From an uncultured Clostridia bacterium (lineage in GTDB: Bacteria > Bacillota > Clostridia > Lachnospirales > CAG-274): a DNA stretch of 64,000 bases. Positions 42,081-52,790 of the stretch are shown here, in pieces. Both the position numbers and the translations under genes were made by a program. Where the stretch lies: the NCBI GenBank assembly GCA_947627855.1, contig CANQXR010000011.1, positions 1,638 to 65,637 on the forward strand. Direction: 5' to 3'. Positions within the stretch are counted from its first letter, which is position 1. Every line of letters starts with the position of its first letter. The notes under the pieces were generated by a model. It was not told the origin of the DNA. It worked only from the letters and a program-made list of their open reading frames with translations, and did no database searches.

Positions 42081-43193
42081 TCAGTTTGTAACTGTAAGCT
42101 CTGATTCCTTATCGAAGATATGGAATTTGTTGATATCGAATGCGATCTTAACGTCGTCGCCGATCTTGTAGTTGTTACGTGCGCTTACACGGCAGGTAAC
42201 CTTCTGACCGTTAACAAGGAGATAAAGGTTTGTATCTGCGCCAAGAAGCTCTGTAACGTCGATGTGAGCATCGATAATAGGTGACTGAGTTGTGTTAAGG
42301 AATACGTCCTCGTTATGTACGTCCTCAGGTCTGATACCAAGGATAACATTCTTGCCAACATATCCGCCGTCAACAACAGCCTTAGCCTTGTTTTCGGGAA
42401 GAGGAAGGTTCTGACCGCCGATTTTTGCGTATACCTTGCCGCCTTCGTTTACGATCTTAGCTTCGAGGAAGTTCATCTGAGGTGTTCCCAAGAAGCCTGC
42501 AACGAAGAGATTCTGAGGTTCATGATAGAGCATCTGAGGTGTATCGCACTGCATAATAAGACCGTCCTTAAGAACAACGATTCTTGTACCAAGAGTCATA
42601 GCCTCTGTCTGGTCGTGTGTTACGTAGATGAAGGTTGTGTCGAGCTTATGGTGAAGCTTAGCGATCTCTGTTCTCATCTGTACACGAAGCTTTGCATCGA
42701 GGTTTGAAAGAGGCTCGTCTAAAAGGAATACTGAAGGTCTGCGGACAATTGCACGACCCATGGCAACTCTCTGTCTCTGACCACCCGAAAGAGCTGCGGG
42801 CTTTCTGTCAAGAAGATGAGCGATTTCAAGGATCTGAGCTGCTTCCTTAACCTGCTTATCGATTTCCGGCTTGGGAACCTTTCTTAATTTAAGACCGAAA
42901 GCCATGTTGTCATAAACAGTCATATGCGGATAAAGAGCATAGTTCTGGAATACCATTGCGATATCTCTGTCACGGGGACCTACGTTATTTACAAGTCTGT
43001 CGCCAATATAAAGCTCGCCGTCCGAGATTTCCTCAAGACCTGCGATCATACGAAGAGTAGTTGACTTACCGCAGCCTGAAGGACCTACGAAAATAATGAA
43101 TTCCTTATCTGCGATTTCAAGGTTGAAGCTGGGAACAGCAACGAAACCGTTAGGATACTTTTTAACGATATTTCTTAAACTTAAACTTGACAT
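42081..43193 (-). CDS. Carbohydrate ABC transporter ATP-binding protein (MsmK/UgpC/MalK type), no adjacent permease genes
   Basis: GPSGCGKST, LSGGQRQRVAMGRA, FLLDEPLSNLD, plus a C-terminal MalK-like OB regulatory domain. Confidence 0.9.
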   Translation of the reverse strand: MSSLSLRNIVKKYPNGFVAVPSFNLEIADKEFIIFVGPSGCGKSTTLRMIAGLEEISDGELYIGDRLVNNVGPRDRDIAMVFQNYALYPHMTVYDNMAFGLKLRKVPKPEIDKQVKEAAQILEIAHLLDRKPAALSGGQRQRVAMGRAIVRRPSVFLLDEPLSNLDAKLRVQMRTEIAKLHHKLDTTFIYVTHDQTEAMTLGTRIVVLKDGLIMQCDTPQMLYHEPQNLFVAGFLGTPQMNFLEAKIVNEGGKVYAKIGGQNLPLPENKAKAVVDGGYVGKNVILGIRPEDVHNEDVFLNTTQSPIIDAHIDVTELLGADTNLYLLVNGQKVTCRVSARNNYKIGDDVKIAFDINKFHIFDKESELTVTN

Positions 43194-43508
43194 TATGTTA
43201 TTCCTCCCTTTATTATAAGACAGAGGGCAAATCCCCTCGGCAGGGGTAAGCCCCTTGCTTTCTTAACATTTATGTTACATTATTTTTCATCGGAATTCCA
43301 TAGATTAATTAAACAAATTATTTTTTAATATTTGTTTAATTTGTACAGAGATTTTATTTTTTAGTCAAATTGACGATAATCAACTGCCTATTATGGGCAA
43401 TACAGCCCGTTCATTTGTTCAAATTTGATTATTGAAACCAAAATACTTTATGATTTGTTTATTCTGCACATATATTTTATTTAAATTTCTGCCAATCTGC
43501 CCATAAAA

Positions 43509-44363
43509 TCAGGCTTTTTCCGTTATAAAGCCCTCCCCTCTCACCTCGGCGGCGTTTGTTATGATCATAAATGCCCTTGGGTCAAGCTCCTCCACAAGTC
43601 TTTTAAGGGGACCCACCTCTCTTTTGGAAACAACACAGAGTATTACATTCTTTGCTTTCTTGGTATACTCCCCTCTTCCCCGCAGAGTAGTCACTCCCCT
43701 TTCAAAGCGCTCCATAATAATATCCGAAAGCTCCTCCGACCTGTCAGAGATTATATATATTGCCTTGCCATAGCCCGCTCCCGTAACGATTATATCCGTA
43801 AGCTTCGCCGCAACATACACCGAGCCAATGGCATACAAAGCGTTGAGAGAGCCGAACTCCCCGAAACCCAGCGCAATTATTGTGCAGTCTATAATCATAA
43901 TAAGGAAAGAAACCGACAGGGACGGCGCTTTTTTGTTTATTATAATTGCCGCAAGGTCACTTCCGCCTGTCGTATAGCCCGAACGGAGTATCAGCCCAAG
44001 CCCCACCCCCTCCGTAAAGCCGCCGAAAACAGCCGCAAGAATAAGGTCGGTTTTAACAGAGGGCAGAAATTCCGTTATCCACAGCGCCAACGAAAGCAAA
44101 GCCGTGGCGGCAAGACTTTTCCTCAGCCTTTCAAAGCCAAGCATATACAGTCCCACAGCAAAAACAGGCACATTTATAATAAAGAAAAGAAACGAAAGAG
44201 AAAGCTTTATGCCAGACAGCCTTGAAAAAATACCCGAAATAAGAATAGCAAGCCCCGATGCGCCGCCAATTACAAGATTATGAGGTTCAAAAAATGTATT
44301 TATGCTTATGCTCATAAGAATTATTCCCAGAAGCATATATGCCGTTTCCTTTTTTATTTTCAA
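43509..44363 (-). CDS. YitT-family membrane protein with C-terminal DUF2179 domain
   Basis: N-terminal TM helices with the GGASG / GGSD pattern. C-terminal ...VTTLRGRGEYT...ILCVVSKREV..LK..V...DP.AFM typical of DUF2179. Confidence 0.75.
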   Translation of the reverse strand: MKIKKETAYMLLGIILMSISINTFFEPHNLVIGGASGLAILISGIFSRLSGIKLSLSFLFFIINVPVFAVGLYMLGFERLRKSLAATALLSLALWITEFLPSVKTDLILAAVFGGFTEGVGLGLILRSGYTTGGSDLAAIIINKKAPSLSVSFLIMIIDCTIIALGFGEFGSLNALYAIGSVYVAAKLTDIIVTGAGYGKAIYIISDRSEELSDIIMERFERGVTTLRGRGEYTKKAKNVILCVVSKREVGPLKRLVEELDPRAFMIITNAAEVRGEGFITEKA

Positions 44364-44553
44364 TATAAAAACCTCCCAAAACTATTTTATATGTTTGCCG
44401 TCCCTGACTTAAAATATTCCCATTGTTTTTTCAAAATGACTGTTGAAATAACATTTGCGTTATGATAATATAATATTAATTTTCAGGGACAATATATGAG
44501 TCTTTAAAGGATCTTTGTCCCTCAAATATTAATTAAGGAAAGAATAGTGTGAT

Positions 44554-45360
44554 ATGTACAGAAAAGAACTGACAAACAGAAAACGAATCGTTGTCAAAAT
44601 AGGAACAACATCGCTGACCTATCCCAACGGAAACATTAACCTCCGCCGTTTTGCCAAGCTTGCCTCGGTTCTTACCGACCTGAAAAACAGCGGCAGAGAA
44701 ATCATACTCGTGTCCTCCGGCGCAATTGCCGTAGGCGCAAAAAGGCTTGGGCTTAAGGAGCGCCCAAGGGACACAATAGGCAAGCAGGCGTCCTCTGCCG
44801 TGGGACAGGGCATACTTATGCAGTATTATGAAAAAAGCTTCAACGAGTATAATCAGAGAGTGGCGCAGATACTAATTACAAAGGACATTTTCAACTATGA
44901 ACACAAGCGCATAAACGTAAGGAACACATTTGAAAAGCTTCTGGAGCTTGACGTAATACCCATAGTAAACGAGAATGACACCGTAGCCACAGAGGAATTC
45001 AATGAATTTTCGGACAACGACACTCTTGCCTCCTATGTGACGGAGCTTATAAAGGGCGATCTGCTTATTATACTTTCCGATATTGACGGAATGTACACAG
45101 GGGATCCGAACAAAGACAAAAATGCAAGCCTTATAAGCGTTATAGAAAACATAAACGATGACATAATAAGTCTTGCCGGCGGCTCCGCTTCTTCACTGGG
45201 AACAGGAGGTATGGCGACAAAGGTTCAGGCGGCTATGAAGGTCACCGCCGCAAACTGCGATATGGTTATAGCAAAGGGGGACGACCCCACGGTAATATAC
45301 AGCATAACATCGGGACAGCCCGTAGGCACGCTTTTTGCAAGGAAGAGATTCTATGAATAA
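44554..45360 (+). CDS. proB: Glutamate 5-kinase (short form without PUA domain)
   Basis: RIVVKIGTTSLT, ILVSSGAIAVG, IVNENDTVAT, DNDTLA, GTGGM.TK. Confidence 0.9.
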   Translation: MYRKELTNRKRIVVKIGTTSLTYPNGNINLRRFAKLASVLTDLKNSGREIILVSSGAIAVGAKRLGLKERPRDTIGKQASSAVGQGILMQYYEKSFNEYNQRVAQILITKDIFNYEHKRINVRNTFEKLLELDVIPIVNENDTVATEEFNEFSDNDTLASYVTELIKGDLLIILSDIDGMYTGDPNKDKNASLISVIENINDDIISLAGGSASSLGTGGMATKVQAAMKVTAANCDMVIAKGDDPTVIYSITSGQPVGTLFARKRFYE

Positions 45361-45895
45361 AAAAGAGCTTCGCCGCAGAATGATCGGAATAAGAAAAGAC
45401 ATACCCGAAATAATAAGGGAGAAAAAAAGTCTTGCCATAGCCCACGCCATTCTCGGAAGCAAAGAATATATGGACTGCGGCAAGGTGTTCTGCTATCTCA
45501 GCTATAAAACCGAGGTAAGCACAGTGGAATTTATAAAAGCTGTTCTTAAGGACGGCAAAAGGATCGCCCTGCCTTATATGGAGGATAATGAAAATATGTG
45601 TTTTATAGAAATACATACTCTTGAAGGGCTTGTCAGAAATTCCACCGGAATATATGAGCCTGCATTTGATAAGAGCAGCGTATGCACTCCCGATGACGAT
45701 ACCCTCGTTGTGGTTCCGGGGCTTGCGTTTACAACGGACGGCTTTCGCCTTGGCTGGGGAGGGGGATATTACGACAGATATCTGAGCAGACACAAAACAA
45801 TGAAAAATATAGGCATATGCTTCAGTGAGCAGCTTGTTGAAAGTCTGCCCACAGAAAAGTCGGACATAAGACTTGACAGAGTAATATACTATTAA
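45353..45895 (+). CDS. 5-formyltetrahydrofolate cyclo-ligase
   Basis: MNKKELRRRM...R, VVVPGLAFTTDGFRLGWGGGYYDRYL motif. ATG 45353 overlaps the proB stop by 8 nt. Confidence 0.85.
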   Translation: MNKKELRRRMIGIRKDIPEIIREKKSLAIAHAILGSKEYMDCGKVFCYLSYKTEVSTVEFIKAVLKDGKRIALPYMEDNENMCFIEIHTLEGLVRNSTGIYEPAFDKSSVCTPDDDTLVVVPGLAFTTDGFRLGWGGGYYDRYLSRHKTMKNIGICFSEQLVESLPTEKSDIRLDRVIYY

Positions 45896-45911
45896 AATAT
45901 GAGGTGATATA

Positions 45912-47162
45912 ATGGATCTGAATATAACAGGCGAAAAAGCAAAGGCAGCGGCACGGATTGCCGCCACTCTGACAACAGGCAAAAAAAATGAGCTTCTGAA
46001 TGCTATGGCGGAGGCTCTTAAAGCCGAAAGGGACAAGATACTTGCTGCAAATGTCATAGATGTGGAAAAAGCGGTAAAGGCAGGCACCAAAGCATCTCTT
46101 GTTGACAGACTTTCACTTAACAAGGACAGAATAGACGCCATGGCGGAGGGGCTTTTGCAGATAGCTAAGCTGCCCGACCCAATAGGCGAAGTAATCAATA
46201 TGAACACTCTGCCCAACGGACTTATTGTGGGAGAAAAGAGAGTTCCCATGGGTGTTGTGGCTATTATATATGAAGCACGACCGAATGTAACAGCCGATGC
46301 GTTCGGGCTTTGCCTTAAATCGGGAAATGCGGTGATATTAAAAGGCGGCTCTGATGCCATAAACTCAAATATAGCCATTGTCGGCACATTCAAAAAAGCC
46401 GTAGCCGAAGCAGGAGTAAACCCGGACATAGTTCAGCTTATTGAAGATACGTCAAGGGAAACAGCCGCCGCCCTTATGAAGCTTAACAAATATATCGATG
46501 TGCTTATACCAAGAGGGGGAGCAGGGCTTATACAGTCAGTCGTACAGAATTCCACTGTCCCTGTTATAGAAACGGGAGTTGGAAACTGCCACGTATATAT
46601 AGACGATTCCGCTGACATACAAATGGGCATAGATATAATAATAAATGCCAAAACACAGCGTCCGGGAGTATGCAACGCAGCCGAAACACTTCTTGTAAGC
46701 GAAAAAGCCGCCAAAAGCTTTCTTCCCGCTGCCGTCAAAGCGCTCAGAGAAAAAAATGTTGAAATAAGAGGCTGTGAAAAAACAGCGGAAATATGCCCGG
46801 ACATGGGTATAATACCTGCCTCGGAAGACGATTATTATACAGAATTTCTCGATTATATTCTCGCTGTAAAGGTGGTTGGCGGTGTGGACGAAGCAATAGA
46901 GCATATTGCAAGATATTCTACCGGTCATTCGGAAGCCATAGTAACGGAAAGCTATACAAACGCAATGAAGTTTTTAAACGAGGTGGATTCCGCCGCCGTA
47001 TATGTAAACGCATCAACACGCTTTACAGATGGCAATGAATTCGGCTTCGGCGCCGAAATAGGAATATCCACTCAGAAGCTCCACGCAAGAGGACCTATGG
47101 GACTTAAAGCACTTACGACCACAAAATTTATAATTTACGGAAACGGTCAGATAAGAGGCTGA
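45912..47162 (+). CDS. proA: Gamma-glutamyl phosphate reductase
   Basis: Aldehyde dehydrogenase fold with the ProA pattern ([53 protein letters not shown]). Confidence 0.95.
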   Translation: MDLNITGEKAKAAARIAATLTTGKKNELLNAMAEALKAERDKILAANVIDVEKAVKAGTKASLVDRLSLNKDRIDAMAEGLLQIAKLPDPIGEVINMNTLPNGLIVGEKRVPMGVVAIIYEARPNVTADAFGLCLKSGNAVILKGGSDAINSNIAIVGTFKKAVAEAGVNPDIVQLIEDTSRETAAALMKLNKYIDVLIPRGGAGLIQSVVQNSTVPVIETGVGNCHVYIDDSADIQMGIDIIINAKTQRPGVCNAAETLLVSEKAAKSFLPAAVKALREKNVEIRGCEKTAEICPDMGIIPASEDDYYTEFLDYILAVKVVGGVDEAIEHIARYSTGHSEAIVTESYTNAMKFLNEVDSAAVYVNASTRFTDGNEFGFGAEIGISTQKLHARGPMGLKALTTTKFIIYGNGQIRG

Positions 47163-47177
47163 GCCGAACAGGGTTCC

Positions 47178-47306
47178 GACCCGTGGGGAGCCGACTTCCA
47201 AACCGTCAGGGACGGTTTGGAAGTCGGCTCCCCACGGGTCGGGTCGGGGCACGCACATCGGGGGCGGCGGATAAATCCGCCGCCCCCGATGTGCGTGCCC
47301 CGACCC
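47178..47306. repeat. Solitary double-palindrome module of the same family as the 25-kb array
   Basis: HP1 ccgtggggagccgacttccaaaccgtc-agg-gacggtttggaagtcggctccccacgg. The junction is GTCGGGTC. HP2 ggggcacgcacatcgggggcggcgg-ataaat-ccgccgcccccgatgtgcgtgcccc. Flanks ttCCG... and ...gggcaacatattcaaaaagc match the array flanks. Fills the convergent proA / PNPOx intergenic gap. Confidence 0.9.
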
Positions 47307-47342
47307 GGGCAACATATTCAAAAAGCTTTAAAATGCCGCAAT

Positions 47343-47735
47343 TTAAAGTTTGATTATAATAGGCTCCTCTGTGAACGAGCATATTCTCGCTTCAACATTT
47401 TTAAGATAAAACACTTCCGTGTTTCCGTCGCCGGGCGAATACATATTCTGAAGTGAAGGATATGCATCAAGCATATGCCTTTGGGCTTCAATGTTGTCGT
47501 CCAAAACAGCCTCGGCACTTATGCGTATCCACTTGCCCCCGGACATGGCTGATATTTCTATGCTTGGGTTTTTCTTCATTTGCGCCGATACGTCCTTTAC
47601 CTTGCCCGTCTGAATATAGAGCCTGTTTTCAAATATATCAATTGTTCCGAAAGGACGGACACGGGGCTTATCTCCATCAATGGTTGCCAGATAATATACC
47701 TCGCTGTTTTTCAGAAAATCATAAATATCATTCAT
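47343..47735 (-). CDS. Pyridoxamine 5'-phosphate oxidase-family protein (general stress protein 26-like)
   Basis: VYYLATIDGDKPRVRPFG ... split-barrel pattern, 130 aa. Confidence 0.7.
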   Translation of the reverse strand: MNDIYDFLKNSEVYYLATIDGDKPRVRPFGTIDIFENRLYIQTGKVKDVSAQMKKNPSIEISAMSGGKWIRISAEAVLDDNIEAQRHMLDAYPSLQNMYSPGDGNTEVFYLKNVEARICSFTEEPIIIKL

Positions 47736-47788
47736 TGTGCTTCCTCCCGTTCCATACCGATTTTCAGTTCAGTCCCAAGTCTGAGGGA

Positions 47789-49159
47789 TCAATAATTTTC
47801 ATCCTTCATCAGGTAGATCTGTATATTCTTTTCCTTTATATTCTCGGTATTTTTATATATTTTGTCTGTGTTTCTTGCCGCAATTCTTATGTTCTTAAGA
47901 TTGACGTCATGTATAGGCTTTTCCCTGAGGCCTGTTATCGACAGAGGTGTTGTGCAGTGAGTACATGTAACATCTTCTATTGTAACATTTCTGAATTCCG
48001 GATATTCCTCAAGAGCAACCTCCTGTCCCTCGTGGGAATCTATGTCATAACCCGTGGTGAAAACAATGGCTTCATTGGGAATATGCATCATATTTATATC
48101 GTGAATATAAATGTCCTCAATCACTCCGCCTCTGCCTATACAGCTTTTAAGCTTTATTCCGCAGTCAGTCGTAATGAAGGTACATTCGGCTATTTCTATG
48201 TCGTGAAGTCCGCCGCTCATTTCACTTCCCAGCACAAAGCCGCCGTGTCCATGATAAACCGTGCAGTTGAAAACATAAACATTATATGTAGATAATCCTC
48301 TTTCTCTGCCCTCGGCATTTTTACCCGACTTCATGCATATTCCGTCATCGCCGACATCGAAGGACGAATTAAGTATTTTAACATTATGGCAGCAGTCGAT
48401 GTCTATGCCGTCAGAATTCTGCGCAGTATCGGAATTGTTTACCTTTATGTCCATAACGGTTATATTGTCGCACATAAAGGGGTGAATGCTCCATGCCGGA
48501 GAATTTTTAAACATAACATTCTGAAGAAGTATGTTATGGCAATCCTCAAAATAAACAAGGCAGGGTCTTAAGAATTCACGATATTCATAGCAAAGGTCAT
48601 AATCCTTTATGTTTGCGCTGTATGAGCTTAACAGTTCATAACCTCTCATGGCATTATAAGAGGGCCACCATGTTTCCTCATGACCGTTTATAACATTTAT
48701 AGCTCCGCCGGAGGAAATAAGCTTCTGCCAGCGTCTTTCCGTTACTTTGAATTTTTTTACGGGACGCCATGGGTCGCCTGTTCCGTTAATAACGCCCTTT
48801 CCCGTTATGGCGATGTTGTGCGCTCCCTTGGCACTTATAGGCGATGCACAGCGATATGCCATACTTCCCTCATAATTAACCATTACAAGGGGATAGTCAT
48901 CAACATTTGATGAAAAAAGCAGAACAGCGCCTGCCTCAAGATGAAGATTTACATAATCCTTAAGCACAATAGGACCGGTCAGGAAAATTCCTCTGGGCAC
49001 CGTTACCATGCCTCCGCCGTTTTCGGAACAATATGTAATGGCTTTGTTGAGAGCCTCCGTATTGTCTGTAAAACCGTCCCCGACTGCGCCGAATTCTCTT
49101 ACGGAATATATAGTATCTTTAAATTCCGGTACTTTTACGTCAAATTTAAGATATTTCAT
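47789..49159 (-). CDS. Glycoside hydrolase family 28 (polygalacturonase-like), cytoplasmic (no signal peptide)
   Basis: GH28 signature blocks NSDGIDID, GDDGICMKSG, GHGGFVLGSE, GIKLKS. Start at ATG 49159 behind GGAGG. Confidence 0.85.
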   Translation of the reverse strand: MKYLKFDVKVPEFKDTIYSVREFGAVGDGFTDNTEALNKAITYCSENGGGMVTVPRGIFLTGPIVLKDYVNLHLEAGAVLLFSSNVDDYPLVMVNYEGSMAYRCASPISAKGAHNIAITGKGVINGTGDPWRPVKKFKVTERRWQKLISSGGAINVINGHEETWWPSYNAMRGYELLSSYSANIKDYDLCYEYREFLRPCLVYFEDCHNILLQNVMFKNSPAWSIHPFMCDNITVMDIKVNNSDTAQNSDGIDIDCCHNVKILNSSFDVGDDGICMKSGKNAEGRERGLSTYNVYVFNCTVYHGHGGFVLGSEMSGGLHDIEIAECTFITTDCGIKLKSCIGRGGVIEDIYIHDINMMHIPNEAIVFTTGYDIDSHEGQEVALEEYPEFRNVTIEDVTCTHCTTPLSITGLREKPIHDVNLKNIRIAARNTDKIYKNTENIKEKNIQIYLMKDENY

Positions 49160-49476
49160 ATTTTTACCTCCAAAATAATACTGCATACTATATTTATTTT
49201 AATATAAAAACATAAATAAAACAATAGTTTTTAAAACAAAAAATAAAATATTTTGGGGCGATTCGTTGTAAAACCAAAAATTACCAAATGCAAAAAATAA
49301 ACGTATTCCGGATAACAATATAGAAACAGCCCCTCAAAATTTCTGAAAGTGCCGTAAACTGAATAAGGACAATCAAGACAAGCTATGATTGACCTATTCT
49401 ATACATAGTTATATTTTGTTGTGATAAAGTGCTCTGTCTGATATTGCAGTTAAGGCAAAAATTACCGTTTTTATAA

Positions 49477-50727
49477 TTAATCTCTCATAAATAAATCTCT
49501 TGTATAAACCTTGTGCTTTACATCGTCAAGCTGTTTGTCATATCTGTTTGCTATGATACAGTTGCTTCTTTTTTTGAACTCATCAATGGAGTTGACAATT
49601 TCACTGCCGAAGAAGGTGGTGCCATTCTGCAGAGAAGGTTCGTAAACAATTACTTTGACTCCTTTTGCCTTTATCCTTTTCATAATGCCCTGTATGGAGC
49701 TTTGTCGGAAGTTGTCAGAGTTGCTTTTCATTGTAAGACGATATATGCCTATAACACAGTCTTCTTTCTCGTCAGGCACATAATTGTTTCTGCTGTAATA
49801 ATCATAACAGCCTGCCATATTCAATACTCTGTCCGCAATGAAATCCTTCCTTGTGCGGTTGCTTTCCACAATTGCTTCAATAAGGTTTTCGGGCACATCC
49901 TTATAGTTGGCAAGAAGCTGTTTTGTATCTTTCGGCAGACAATATCCTCCATAGCCAAAAGATGGATTGTTGTAATGAGAGCCTATTCTCGGATCAAGAC
50001 ATACACCATCTATTATCTGTCTTGTGTCAAGCCCCTTTAATTCGGCATAGGTATCCAGCTCATTGAAATAGGAAACACGAAGAGCCAGATAAGTATTGGC
50101 AAAAAGCTTGACTGCCTCTGCCTCCGTAAAGCCCATATACAAAGTTGGTATATCCTTTTTAACTGCCCCACTGTTAAGAAGTCCCGCAAATGTTCTGCCG
50201 GCTTCCGCAAGCCTTTCATCGTTTGAATCCGTTCCTATTATTATACGGCTCGGATAGAGGTTGTCGTAAAGAGCCTTTCCCTCTCTCAGAAATTCAGGGC
50301 TGAACATAATATTCCTGTTGTTTGTTTTTTCTCTTATGCTCTTTGTAAAGCCAACCGGAATTGTAGACTTAATTACAATATACGCAGCCGGATTGCAGCT
50401 TGTGACAAGCTCTATAACCTGCTCTACAGCCGATGTATCAAAATAATTCTTGCCGGAATCATAATTTGTGGGGGCTGCCACAATAACAAAATCCGCCTCT
50501 TTATATGCAGACTCCCCATCAGTCGTTGCCGTAAGATCCAGATCTTTTTCCGAAAGATATTCACTTATCTCCTCATCGGCTATGGGTGAAATTCTGTTGT
50601 TTATAAGGTCTGTTTTTTCTTTGACAACATCTACCGCATAAACCTTGTTGTGCTGTGCCAGAAGTACGGCAAGACTAAGTCCGACATAGCCTGCTCCGGC
50701 AACTGCTATACATATTTTTTTGCTCAT
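49477..50727 (-). CDS. ugd: UDP-glucose 6-dehydrogenase / nucleotide-sugar dehydrogenase
   Basis: N-terminal GAGYVGLS Rossmann motif, catalytic [10 protein letters not shown]. Confidence 0.8.
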   Translation of the reverse strand: MSKKICIAVAGAGYVGLSLAVLLAQHNKVYAVDVVKEKTDLINNRISPIADEEISEYLSEKDLDLTATTDGESAYKEADFVIVAAPTNYDSGKNYFDTSAVEQVIELVTSCNPAAYIVIKSTIPVGFTKSIREKTNNRNIMFSPEFLREGKALYDNLYPSRIIIGTDSNDERLAEAGRTFAGLLNSGAVKKDIPTLYMGFTEAEAVKLFANTYLALRVSYFNELDTYAELKGLDTRQIIDGVCLDPRIGSHYNNPSFGYGGYCLPKDTKQLLANYKDVPENLIEAIVESNRTRKDFIADRVLNMAGCYDYYSRNNYVPDEKEDCVIGIYRLTMKSNSDNFRQSSIQGIMKRIKAKGVKVIVYEPSLQNGTTFFGSEIVNSIDEFKKRSNCIIANRYDKQLDDVKHKVYTRDLFMRD

Positions 50728-50865
50728 TTTATTGAATCTCCTTTATGTCAAGTGTATGTATTCTGCCGGAATGGATCATTGACCGATCAATACGGTTATT
50801 TTTCAGGCGTCCGCTCCGAAAACGGCAATTGGAATACATATCAACATAAGCCGAAGCATATGTTT

Positions 50866-51828
50866 TTAGTCTTTATTTTCATTGTCTGCTCTGTCATAGT
50901 CAAGCTTTCTTACATGATATTGTATGTCCTCAAGAATCTTGCGGTTTTTTGCAATTATATCAGCCTGAAGCCCTATAATTATAGTCATAAAGCCCATCAT
51001 TATAAGTATGCTCGAAAGAATGAGAGACTGAACATGGCCGCCGCCGTTTCCGTACAGCATATATATTAAAAAACGCGCGCCGACAGCACAGCCCGATATA
51101 AAAGGTATAAGCCCTACTATTGTGAAAAATCTAAGCGGACGGTACATTATAAAGGCTCTTATAATAGTTACCATTGATTTCTTCACATATCCCATCATAC
51201 TTGAGAAAAGGCGTGAAGGGCGAAGCTCAGGATTTGTTTTTACAGGCACAGACTCCATAGCGAGTTTTTCACGTCCTGCCTGTACTATTGTTTCGAGAGT
51301 GTAGGTGTATTCATTCGTAACATTCAGGTGCATAGCCGCCTCCCGACTGTAAGCACGAAAACCGCTTGGCGCATCGGGTATATCTGTGTTTGAAGCTTTT
51401 CTTACCACCCAACTTCCCAGATGTTGGAGCTTTTTCTTGATAGGCGAAAAATGCTCAGTCTGGTCTATAGGACGTTCACCGATTACAATATCAGTTTTTC
51501 CCTCCAAAATAGGGCGCACGATCGTTTCTATATCATCGCCGCTGTACTGATTGTCGGCGTCAGTATTTACAATAATGTCGGCTCCGTTTCTCAGACAGGC
51601 GTCAAGTCCTGCCATAAAGCCTCTTGCAAGACCCTTGTTGCGCTTGAAGTTGACAACATAGTTAACGCCCCAGCGTTTAGCCACCTCTACGGTGTTGTCC
51701 TGACTTCCGTCATTAATAATAAGAACCTCGATCTGATCTATTCCGTCTATATGCTTTGGCAGATCATTTAAGGCCACTTCAAGAGTTTCGGCCTCGTTAT
51801 AGCATGGAATCTGTATTATCAGTTTCAT
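50866..51828 (-). CDS. Family 2 glycosyltransferase with two C-terminal TM helices (polyprenyl-phosphate sugar transferase type, GtrB/ArnC-like)
   Basis: IQIPCYNE, INDGSQD, TDADNQ (DXD) motifs plus a C-terminal membrane anchor. Confidence 0.8.
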   Translation of the reverse strand: MKLIIQIPCYNEAETLEVALNDLPKHIDGIDQIEVLIINDGSQDNTVEVAKRWGVNYVVNFKRNKGLARGFMAGLDACLRNGADIIVNTDADNQYSGDDIETIVRPILEGKTDIVIGERPIDQTEHFSPIKKKLQHLGSWVVRKASNTDIPDAPSGFRAYSREAAMHLNVTNEYTYTLETIVQAGREKLAMESVPVKTNPELRPSRLFSSMMGYVKKSMVTIIRAFIMYRPLRFFTIVGLIPFISGCAVGARFLIYMLYGNGGGHVQSLILSSILIMMGFMTIIIGLQADIIAKNRKILEDIQYHVRKLDYDRADNENKD

Positions 51829-52790
51829 TTTTTGTTATCACCTTTTTCCTTTCCTATTTTTTTAGGTATTATAACCGCAAAGTATGCGAGAAAATCTCCT
51901 ATTATTGTTATAAGGCGATGAATTACAGAAAGTGTAAGTATAAGCTCTTTTCCCAAAATCGGTCCGAGAAGAACTATCGAAACTATCTCTCTTACGCCTA
52001 TGCCGCCTGAAGCGCCGGGAGTTACAAAGCCTAATACCCATGCGATTATAAAGCAGGAAATAATAAGATTAAAGTTAGCAAAAGTAATCTTTCCGCCCAT
52101 ATAAGCATATAATATTACCATAATAAATCCCAGAAGATATAAAGCAGCCGCACATTTCAGAATTGCTATAACTGCGCATTTCACAAGCTGCGAAAGGCGG
52201 CATTCCTCAAGAAAGAGCTTCAGCCTTTTCTTAAAGAACACTGCTATCAGAACAAAACAGAAAACAGTAGCCACAGCCAAAATTATAAATATGGCATAGC
52301 TGTGTCCGAAAACCTCATCAAGAGCAATCAGAAGATATTGGCTTGACATCATAATGGTAAGCAAAAAAGGTCCTACAATCAGTCCTATAGTTTCGGCAAC
52401 ACTTGCCAGAGCTATTTTCTTTTGACTTATTCCGAGGTCTGAAGCAAAAATATTCCTCTCAACATAGTGCATTACATTTCCGGGCAAATATTTTCCTATG
52501 TTTGCCCGTGCATATGCGGAAACAGCTCCCTTTCTGTCCTTTGGTGCACTTGGCGAAAATGTAAAAAGCCAGTCTGCCCAGGAACTGCCCATAAAAAAAA
52601 CGCTTACAAATTTTATAAGAACGCCTATTGCGGAAGCCAGAAGAAATAAGGGTATGTTTTCTATTGAATCGAAATCAAAGCCCAATTTGTAGATTGAATA
52701 CGCAACAAAAAGCAGTGATAAAACAGACAAAATTTTGCCTGCCGGTGTTATGATTTTTTTTAATTTATCCGCCCGCTTCGTATCCATCAA
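51825..52790 (-). CDS. UPF0104 / lysyl-PG-synthase-TM-like flippase-like membrane protein
   Basis: Polytopic membrane protein, ends ..PGASGGIGVRE... typical of UPF0104. 4-nt overlap with the GT2 gene. Confidence 0.65.
   Translation of the reverse strand: MMDTKRADKLKKIITPAGKILSVLSLLFVAYSIYKLGFDFDSIENIPLFLLASAIGVLIKFVSVFFMGSSWADWLFTFSPSAPKDRKGAVSAYARANIGKYLPGNVMHYVERNIFASDLGISQKKIALASVAETIGLIVGPFLLTIMMSSQYLLIALDEVFGHSYAIFIILAVATVFCFVLIAVFFKKRLKLFLEECRLSQLVKCAVIAILKCAAALYLLGFIMVILYAYMGGKITFANFNLIISCFIIAWVLGFVTPGASGGIGVREIVSIVLLGPILGKELILTLSVIHRLITIIGDFLAYFAVIIPKKIGKEKGDNKK

Noticed and set aside
44364-44553. T-box leader upstream of proB (as in Bacillus proBA)
   Set aside because: The leader is under 120 nt. 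It contains only one simple hairpin (agggacaa...ttgtccct) and no GGUGGUACC T-box sequence on either strand.
45266-46429. 387-aa ORF on the minus strand
   Set aside because: It is antisense to 5-FTHF cyclo-ligase and proA, which have clear catalytic motifs. The composition is low-complexity Ala/Ser/Phe-rich. The same reasoning applies to 15984..17024 (+), 47453..48295 (+), 57619..58380 (-), 58337..59128 (-) and 60077..60784 (-).
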